Shown one piece after another: positions 56,416-64,000 of a DNA stretch of 64,000 nt (position 1 is the stretch's first letter; each line of letters opens with the position of its first letter). The DNA is from a virus. The notes under the pieces were generated by a model. That model saw only the letters and a list, made by a program, of their open reading frames with translations, had not been told where the DNA came from and searched no databases. Both the position numbers and the translations under genes were made by a program. Location of the stretch: positions 32,001-96,000 of IMG/VR virus record IMGVR_UViG_3300014501_000001; one strand, written 5' to 3'.

Positions 56416-57075
56416 ATGAGCAATTCCCTGACGGGACATGGTTTCGGGCAGCAACCGGGCACTCATGCACCCAACTACGACCGGAAGTTCCCGGCCGAGC
56501 CGCTGAGCCCGGCCGAGGTCGGTGCCATCATCGGCGCATGCTCCCGGAAATCACCGACCGGGATCCGCAATCGCGCGCTGCTGACCCTGCTCTACCGCTC
56601 CGGGCTCCGCGTGTCCGAGATCCTTGCGCTGCGTCCGGCCGACGTGGACATGGCCCGTCGCAGCATCCGGCTGCTGGACACAAAGAGCGGTCACGCGCAG
56701 ACGCGCCACTTCCATGCCACGGCCGAGGACGCGCTGGCGCGCTGGATCGATACCCGCAAGGGACTCGGGATCAGGAGCGGCAAGTTGTTCTGCACGCTCA
56801 CCGGAACTCCCATGTCCGATGACTACGTGCGCGGCCTGCTTCGGCGACTCGCCGTGAGGGCGTCGATCGACAAGCGCGTGCACCCGCATGGCCTGCGCCA
56901 CACCTTCGCCGTGGAACTGGAGCAGGACGGCACTCCGGTCACCGTGATCAGCAAGCTACTCGGGCACTCCAGCGTGGCCGTCACGGCTCGCTACCTGGAT
57001 CACCTGACCAACGCACAGGCTGGATCGGCTTTGCAGTCGGCCCAGCTTCCATCCTTGGAGGATTCCGATGACTGA
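56416..57075 (+). CDS. Tyrosine recombinase, catalytic domain only
   Basis: GLRVSE, K, HPHGLRH, LLGH, T.RY; TATAGT -10 box, leaderless. Confidence 0.9.
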   Translation: MSNSLTGHGFGQQPGTHAPNYDRKFPAEPLSPAEVGAIIGACSRKSPTGIRNRALLTLLYRSGLRVSEILALRPADVDMARRSIRLLDTKSGHAQTRHFHATAEDALARWIDTRKGLGIRSGKLFCTLTGTPMSDDYVRGLLRRLAVRASIDKRVHPHGLRHTFAVELEQDGTPVTVISKLLGHSSVAVTARYLDHLTNAQAGSALQSAQLPSLEDSDD

Positions 57076-57352
57076 GCGGCTGGCACCGCTGAGCGAGCCG
57101 CTGGAGTTCGCCCGGAATCCCAGCACCGGCCGCGTCCACATCATGCGCTGGTGCCCGCGCGATGAGGGCCCGTCCTTTGCCGCACTCACGCTGTCTGTCC
57201 ATATCCGGGTACTCTGCGGCGTTGACCTGTGGGGCGCACCGTACGTCGCTGGTGACGGCTTCGCTGACGACGACTTGTGCATCGCATGCGTCCGGGCGCT
57301 CGGTGACCAGCAGTGGCGTGCATTCCACGTTGGCAACCGGGGGCCATCATGA
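57068..57352 (+). CDS. Hypothetical protein
   Basis: GGAGG RBS; coupled overlap. Confidence 0.55.
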   Translation: MTERLAPLSEPLEFARNPSTGRVHIMRWCPRDEGPSFAALTLSVHIRVLCGVDLWGAPYVAGDGFADDDLCIACVRALGDQQWRAFHVGNRGPS

Positions 57353-57771
57353 CCGATGAGCTGGAAAGGGCACGGGAGCGCAGGCGCCGGGCCTGCCAGC
57401 GCGTCGGCGCGTTCGGTCCTTCTGGCCGGAAACGGCAGGCGATCGACCGGGTGATGGCCAGGGTTGACTCGGCGGCGGAACGGCATGACCCTGCCGCCTA
57501 CTACGCAGGGAAGGCGCCAACGCCCGAGCGCATCACGATAGCCCTTGACTACCGGGAGTTGTACGGCCCCGAGGTTGACCGGGCACTCGGCGGTGAGGAA
57601 CCCATGGTTGATGAGTGGGAATCGGGGGTGCGCACGCCGGGCCTTGAGCAGATCCAGGCACTCGCGGAGATGACGGGCTTCACGGTCCGGTGGTTCTACG
57701 AGCCAGCGCCCCCGCCTCTCGGCGGCGGCTGGATTTGCGGCACCGATGGCTGCGCTCCCCTGACCTCTTGA
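57349..57771 (+). CDS. XRE-like HTH protein
   Basis: VDEWESGVRTPGLEQIQALAEMTGF. Confidence 0.6.
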   Translation: MTDELERARERRRRACQRVGAFGPSGRKRQAIDRVMARVDSAAERHDPAAYYAGKAPTPERITIALDYRELYGPEVDRALGGEEPMVDEWESGVRTPGLEQIQALAEMTGFTVRWFYEPAPPPLGGGWICGTDGCAPLTS

Positions 57772-57826
57772 CACCCTGTCACCCCGGAGGCCGGGCAGTC
57801 CCCCGCTGACCTGGCCTGGTTCCCGG

Positions 57827-58510
57827 CTAGCGGTAGAACTCCCGGCGCACGCTCAGCAGCCACGCCTCTGCTGCCGCGATGTCAGGCTCACCGGGCAAGA
57901 CGCCCGGCTGGTCGAATACCCGCTCAGCGGCGGCGATCATCCTCTCGCCGATGGATGGATCCTCGGCGACGTGCTCGCCGAACTCCCGGCACTCCCGCAC
58001 CTGACCGGCCGTCAGCCTGATCGCCAGCTCGCCCGTGGAGTGCAGCGCCGTGCCTTGCTGGCACAGCCTCATCAGGTGGCGTCCGTGTTTTTGCGTGCGC
58101 TTACGGGTGTCGGCCGAGAATGACCCGTCGCCGCGGTCCCTGAGCTTGCGGAGCTGGCTGACGGAGTACCCGAGGTAGGCGTTCCTGACCGTCCGGGTGC
58201 TGAGCAGCCTGCGCCGGATGGCGATCAGTTCGTCACCGAGGACGGAGCATGTGTCGTATTCCGGCAGCCACAGTAGCTCGGTGATCGTCGGGTTGGCCTT
58301 GAGCGCAAGCGAGAGGTACTTGCGCGCCTCGTGCCAGGTGATGTCCGAGGGCTCCTTGTAGACGTAGCTCTCCTTCGGCGACGACAGCCCGAGCAGGTCA
58401 ATGGTCGGCCGGGCAAACATGCCGATGCGGTCCACATCGGAACCGGAGTGATCAAGCCCGTAGGCAGTGGATCCGACCACGCCGGCAAGCAGCACGGTTC
58501 CGGGGATCAT
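57827..58510 (-). CDS. Pol-beta-superfamily nucleotidyltransferase (YcgL/RlaP-like)
   Basis: GSTAYGL....SDVD, KANPT..ELLW, KH..HL.RL. Confidence 0.85.
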   Translation of the reverse strand: MIPGTVLLAGVVGSTAYGLDHSGSDVDRIGMFARPTIDLLGLSSPKESYVYKEPSDITWHEARKYLSLALKANPTITELLWLPEYDTCSVLGDELIAIRRRLLSTRTVRNAYLGYSVSQLRKLRDRGDGSFSADTRKRTQKHGRHLMRLCQQGTALHSTGELAIRLTAGQVRECREFGEHVAEDPSIGERMIAAAERVFDQPGVLPGEPDIAAAEAWLLSVRREFYR

Positions 58511-59890
58511 GCCGCCTCCCGGTCCGCCAGCCAGCGGAGCGCCCCGGCCTCGTCCTCGAACTCCCCGGCGTCCTGCGCGGCCAGGGCCTCGGCGAGAAGC
58601 GGCCGGAACGCCGGGCCTGGCACCATCCCGGCGGCGATCAGGTGGTCACCCGTCAGCAGTCCCTTCGCGGGCCGTTCCTGCACGCTCAGCCCGCGTCCCA
58701 TCTCCAGCCATGCGGCGGCAGGGTTGGGCGCATCAGGGTCGCCGCGCCCGGCCTGGTCGGCGCCGCAGACGAGCGTCATCTCGGCCAGCGTTGCCGGGGC
58801 GAGCCTGCGGGCCAGCCTGCGCACCGCGGGCTTCGTCGGCCGCCCGGCGATGCACATGTGCTCGCGCACCAGCGGCAGGATGCGCGCGGTGGTTCCCTCC
58901 GGGCAGCCGATGGAGCGCAGGAAGTCCCGTGCCGGCTCCACGCCTGCGGCGGCGTGGCCGTGCGAGGTGATCCGGCCGCCGTGCGGCCACTGCGTGTGGG
59001 TCACCTTCCCGAAGTCATGCGCCAGCGCGGCCATGACGACCACGAAGCGGTCAGTGCCAGTCAGCCCGGCCTCATCAGCGAGCCTCGCGGCCTGGTCCGC
59101 AGCGAACCCGGAGTGAACATGGACATTACCCTCCGGGTGCCAGCCGGGGTCCTGCGGCACGGCGTGCAGGGCGGCGATCTGCGGGAAGTGGCGTTCCCAT
59201 CCGGAGGCTTCCAGCGTGTCAAGGGCGACGGAGATGCGCGTCCCCCTGGTGCCGATCTTCTCCATCTCGCACCAGACGCGCTCCACCGGCAGTTCGCTGT
59301 AGGCGTCTGCGAGCCGGCGGCAGAGGATGATGGTTCCCAGCGCCAGCCGGAACCCGAACCTGGCAGCGAACTGGACGGCTCGCAGGACCCGCAGCGGGTC
59401 CTCGCTGAACGCCTCCGTGGTGTGGCGCAGGACGCCGGTCTTCAGGTCGGCCATGCCGCCCCAGTGGTCGGTGATCTCGCCCGTTGCCGGGTCGGCCATC
59501 ATCGAGTTGACGGTGAAGTCACGCCGGCCGCTGGCCTCCCGGAAGCCGAGGGAGCCGTCCGGGATTACGTCAAAGCCGCGATGGCCTGCGCCGGTCTTGG
59601 ACTCGCGGCGCGGCAGGGAGATGTCCAGGTCCGTATCCCCGGCGCGGACCTTGAGCACGCCGAACGCCTTGCCTGCCTCGGTGACCTTCCCGGCATCAGC
59701 CAGTGCCGCAGCCAGGACGTCCGGATCGGCTACCCCGGTAGACCTCGACGTCTATGTCCTTGCTGACAGCGCCGGGGTTCATGATGGCGTCGCGGACGTA
59801 GCCGCCAACCAGCATTGGCCGGCCGCCAGCCCTGCGGATGACGGCGAGCGCGCGCTCCGCATCCGGTCCCGGCCGACTGGCTAGCTGCAT
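58507..59890 (-). CDS. cca: CCA-adding enzyme/poly(A) polymerase family with HD domain; +1 frameshift at about 59737
   Basis: LVGGYVRD, DIDVE, RRDFTVN, EDPLRVLRAVQFAARF, WHPEG, LAHDFGK. Confidence 0.85.
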
Positions 59891-59895
59891 GCTTC

Positions 59896-61662
59896 TTATT
59901 CTCCCGTGGCCATCGGCGCAGGTACATCGGGTTTCGCGCTCGCGGCCACGAGTACCGCCCGTGCCCGCTCGCTGCATTCCCGGCATGCTCCCGACGCCTC
60001 ATGCTCGGCTAGCTGGCTCGTGGACAGGCTCTTGCAGCCTGCCATGAAGTGGCGGTCAAGGCTCTCGATCAGTTCTGCGGCGGTCACTGCTCCCCCTCTG
60101 GTGCCGGGCAGGACATAAAATCACCGCGCGCAATGGCCTCCGCAGCCATCCTCAGCGACTCCTCGCGGATAGTGAACGCTCCTGCTGCGATCCTGGCAGC
60201 AATGGAGAAATGGCGCCTGCGGGCCCGCCAGCGTGTTCCGGTTGCCCCGGGCGGCTCGTACTTCTCCATGTGGGCGAGGATCTTTTCCGCTACAGACTCA
60301 GCAAGAAGGGGTGCTGCCGCGTCCAGGGCAGCACGGGCCGCGTCCGTCTCGAACGTGAACGGCTTCCCGTCGCAGGCGCCGTCAGCCATGCAGCCGTTTA
60401 CCCCGTCGCCGCGGCAGTCGATCCGGTGCAGGGCCATGGCCGCAGCGTCAAGGGCGGCTTGCGGGTAGTCAGGCATCCGGCCAGCCTCTCAGCTTCCGCA
60501 GCGCCGCGAACAGCGCCTCGATGCCATCCTCGTCGTAGCCCAGCGCCGTTCTCGCTGCTGTGGCGACAAGGCAGTCTGATTCCGTGGCCTCTGCGGTCTC
60601 CATCCACTGCAGGGCCATACCGCGCGCCTCGTAGGGGCTCAGCGCTCCCCGCATGGATCCCCGGCTCACCAGCACGAGGGCTTCCCGGCGCTTGCTGGAC
60701 CCGGCCGGCAGGAGGCTCAGCGTCGTGGCCGTGCCGAACTGGGTGCGCCCGGAATCGGACAGGAGGTCCGACGCGAAGGCCGATACCTGCGCGGCGGGCA
60801 GGCCGACGTCTACGAGCTTCATCATCATCTCGGCGTAGGCGGCGCAGGTTACGAGGTCCAGGGCCGTGGCGCGGACATCAGCGACGGAGGCGTAGCACTG
60901 GAGCGGCCCCCACTCGATGAGGCACGCGCGCTCCCGGTCAGGGTCACGGGTGGACTCGATCCTGATCGTCTCGTCGTCAGGCATCGCCGGTCTCCTCCAG
61001 CAGCGCGCGCCTCCGGTGCCCGCTGTTCTCGCGGCTCAGGTTCCGGAACTCCGGGTCGTCGCTGAGCGACCACAACTCGTCAAGCACGATGTCCGACGCC
61101 AGCTCATGCGGCTTGCGGCCCGTGCGCTCGCACAGCGCCTCGAATGTCCCGACCTGCCGCTCTCCCCAAACCCGGACCGTGGTCCTTACCCAGGGAACAC
61201 CAGAGCGCCGGTCGGTGTAGCGGCGCAGCGGGTTAGCTGGCATCGGTGGCCGCGCATCCGTGCTCTACCTGATGCGCGGCCACTCGCGTGGCTAGGTCGC
61301 CCCAGCCATCGCCAGCGCCGACAGGGCACACGATGTCGCCGTCCTCCGCGTCCGGGTCATTGGCGAAGCATTCCAGCCAATGCGAGTCACCGTCGTACGT
61401 GACGAAGATCATGCTGGTATCAGGCATCCGGCTTCCCCTTCGGCTCCCAGATCAGCCACAGCCCGCATCCCCGGCAGGGACGCTGGTCATGGGTCTCCAT
61501 CATCAGGTCCGCGTACTCGCTGGATGCCACGTAGGGCCCGGGCCACGGCTCGTGAGGCTCGCACTCCGGGGTAGTAGCGGGCCGGGTGACGAGCGGCATG
61601 CCGGGACGGTAGCCCAGGTCGCAGACGAACACCTGGTTGCGGCGGGATCTAGGCACGGGCAA
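59896..61662 (-). other. Run of small coupled hypothetical genes (59896-60087, 60084-60476, 60469-60984, 60977-61243 RHH-like, 61233-61427, 61420-61662)
   Basis: Overlapping stop/start junctions. Confidence 0.6.
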
Positions 61663-62128
61663 CTCCCGGCATCAGCGCAGGCATGTCGCCCGAGCCGTAC
61701 ATCGCGTCTAGCTGCGGGTGCAGCTTCTCCCCCAGCGTCAGGCCATCCGGTAGCACGACCCACCCAAGGAATGCCTGCTCGGCCGTCACGATCTCGCTGT
61801 CGATCGCCTCGCACTGCGCCTTGATCCACAGCGATAGCGCGGCCCACCGCTGGCGGACGGCCTGCTGGTAGCGCTTCTCGGCCTCGGCGGCGCTGCGGCT
61901 CGTGTATGACCTCGGCGGCGGCAGGTGAGTGAACTCGCGCGACTCCCGGTCCGGCAGTGCCACGTCGAGCCGCATGCGGCGGCCGTTCATCTCGAACACG
62001 ACCTGCGCCCGGTCGCCCGTCGTGGCGTAGCCGAACGCTGTTGCGCCGTAGCGGGCCAGCGTGCGCTCGATCTCGCCGCGCCGCTGCTCAGGGCTGACGC
62101 TCGTCGTTGCCGCGTACTTAGCCATCAC
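61649..62128 (-). CDS. Conserved phage protein (YA..T.V......EIE..L.RYGA)
   Basis: Motif recognised; function unknown. Confidence 0.7.
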   Translation of the reverse strand: MMAKYAATTSVSPEQRRGEIERTLARYGATAFGYATTGDRAQVVFEMNGRRMRLDVALPDRESREFTHLPPPRSYTSRSAAEAEKRYQQAVRQRWAALSLWIKAQCEAIDSEIVTAEQAFLGWVVLPDGLTLGEKLHPQLDAMYGSGDMPALMPGVARA

Positions 62129-63407
62129 TCGTCCCCTATCAGGTCAGCGAACGGCACCCAGTGGCCGCCAGCCGCTGCTCGCTTGCTAAGCGCCTTGATG
62201 ACGTGGACCTGCCCGGCGCAATTGCCTGAGCCGTCGCACCTCTGGAGCGTCCTTGCGTCGTGCTTGATGACAAGTTGCCGGATCCGTTCCCGCTCTGCTG
62301 CCCGTATGGCCGGTGCCGAGTCCGGGCATCCGCCCTCATGCGTGATCACTCCCTCAGTAAGGGGAGCCATGCAGGCTGAGCAGCACCAGATGCCATCGGG
62401 GTACCCGCCGCTGAGGGTAAGGAGCCAGCGAGAGGGAGGCTGGTCAACTGCCATCAATGGCCTCCATCGGTCCCGTGAAGCGGCGCCCGGAGTTGTTCTC
62501 CTCATGCCGGGAGATGGCCGGGACGCTGTAGCCCAGCAGCAAGCCGAGGATCTGGTGCCGGTTCGGGTGCTTGTCGCGGAACGCCGACTCGAACAGGTCA
62601 ATGACCCATCGCGCCGCCGCGTACCCGCAGGATGCCGTCCCGTCGCCGTTGTCGATCACGAAGGGCAGCACGTCCTGGCCGATGGCCGCCGTGCTCAGCC
62701 GCGTGGATGCGCGCAGCATCACCATCGGGTCGGCCGGGCAGTGGCCGGCCAGCGCCATCGGGCGGACGCCACGGGAAACTAGGTAGGCGTGCTCAAGCAG
62801 CACGTCGTTACCCGGCAGGCCGGCGTCATCTGGTCCCCAGCCTGGGATCGGGTCAACTGCCATCGGTACTCTCCTCGCCGAGAATGGCCAGCAGCTCACC
62901 AAGGGGCACGACTTCCATGCTCTGCCCCTGCGCCGGCCCGTTGCCAGGGCGGAACAGGGTGAAGGCGGCTTCTCTCGCTGCCGTCCTGATGCGCTCTTGC
63001 TCGGCTGCCACGGCCCCGGCCATGGCGCCGTCGATGATGTTGGCATCGGGACTGCCTCCCAGGTGCAGGACGTGCGCGCTCTCGCACGGCGCGGGCTCGT
63101 CGCCTAGCTCGCGGATCATCGCGCCGAGAGGGAGCCGGTGCACGCCGTGCTTCCCGTTCCCGGCGCACCAGGATGCGTGGCAGTCAACCGGGTAGGTGGC
63201 TTCCCAGATGTCAGCGAGAGCGGCGCAGCGTTCCCGCTCGGCTGCCGCGACGGCATCGCCGATGAGCATGTCCACTTCCCGCTGCCCGTCGTCCAGGTCA
63301 TCCCAGGGCACCAGCCAGGAGGGCTTGGGCGCGGGCTGCTGCTTGGCCCATGTGACCCACGTTTCCCTGACGGTCTGGCCACGCTGCTCGCTGAGGGAGT
63401 CAGCCAT
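62125..63407 (-). other. Three hypothetical genes (62125-62454, 62444-62863, 62853-63407)
   Basis: Coupled junctions; the last has a LVPWDDL...REVD RyR-like motif. Confidence 0.55.
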
Positions 63408-63768
63408 TGCCCGCACCCGCTTTCTGGTACCGGGCATGCTGGCCGCCCCACGGCAGCAGCAGGCCGTCCCCGGCCCGGCGCGGCACAACATGCACATGGA
63501 GGTGATAGACGCTCTGCGTGGCCAGCGCTCCGGCTGACGTGATGAAGTTGCAGTGCCCTAGTTCCATCTGCCCGGCCAGATCGGCGGCAAAGCGCAGCGC
63601 ATTCCCGGCCGCCTCCGGTGCTGCCATCGCGTCGGTGACATGCACCTGCGGCACCGCCAGCCAGTGCTCCGGCGTGACCGGGTTCAGCGGCCGGAATGCG
63701 ACGGAGCAGTCATCCTCGTAGTCGTACTCACCAGCCGCGATGCGCTTGCAGAACGGGCAGTCAGCCAT
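63400..63768 (-). CDS. HIT-family nucleotide hydrolase
   Basis: CPFC, P....H.L.VP, QSVYHLHVHVVPR histidine triad. Confidence 0.9.
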   Translation of the reverse strand: MADCPFCKRIAAGEYDYEDDCSVAFRPLNPVTPEHWLAVPQVHVTDAMAAPEAAGNALRFAADLAGQMELGHCNFITSAGALATQSVYHLHVHVVPRRAGDGLLLPWGGQHARYQKAGAGNG

Positions 63769-63967
63769 CGGTGCTCCTGATCCGCTTCACGATCACGGTG
63801 CTGTCGGTGAACGTGAGGAACGCTGTCGCCGTGGCGGCAAGATGACGGCGGCAGGAATCCTGCGCGTCGTACTGGCGCCCCTGGGAGACAAGGAAGGACG
63901 CCTCCGCGCCGCAGCGCTCGGCTCCGTCGATGAGCCATTCGCATGTGCGCTTAGGTGTCATCGGCAT
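63761..63967 (-). CDS. Small hypothetical protein
   Basis: AAGGGG RBS; coupled to the HIT gene. Confidence 0.5.
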   Translation of the reverse strand: MPMTPKRTCEWLIDGAERCGAEASFLVSQGRQYDAQDSCRRHLAATATAFLTFTDSTVIVKRIRSTDG

Positions 63968-64000
63968 CCCCTTCCCCGGTAAGGGCGGCGCTGATAGCCC

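Overview
The whole 64-kb window reads as one temperate siphovirus-like phage of a high-GC actinomycete; no host genes are recognisable. Layout: leftward early mini-genes (1-3.2 kb); terminases; a 1513-aa portal polyprotein (portal, MuF, ParB-like and 2H-phosphoesterase domains); fibre proteins; protease/scaffold; major capsid gene; glycosylation cassette; head-tail and tail genes; lysis genes; tandem serine and tyrosine recombinases; and a leftward arm with a CCA-adding enzyme, a nucleotidyltransferase and a HIT hydrolase. The unusual signal is mostly at the RNA and translation level. (1) A 116-nt circularly permuted, anticodon-less tRNA mimic with its own extended -10 promoter and two complementary loops lies antisense inside the portal ORF; the closest known class is YrlA Y RNA. 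(2) The capsid gene is split by two group I introns around a 60-nt micro-exon. (3) A 10-nt UUA-led insertion in the putative head-tail adaptor gene looks like translational bypassing. (4) Three late genes appear to start at ATC, ATT or ATA. (5) Short peptides copied from the capsid, portal and tape-measure proteins recur in other ORFs. (6) AT-rich synonymous patches sit on conserved motifs of structural genes. All protein calls come from motif recognition and synteny by eye; no searches or folding programs were run.
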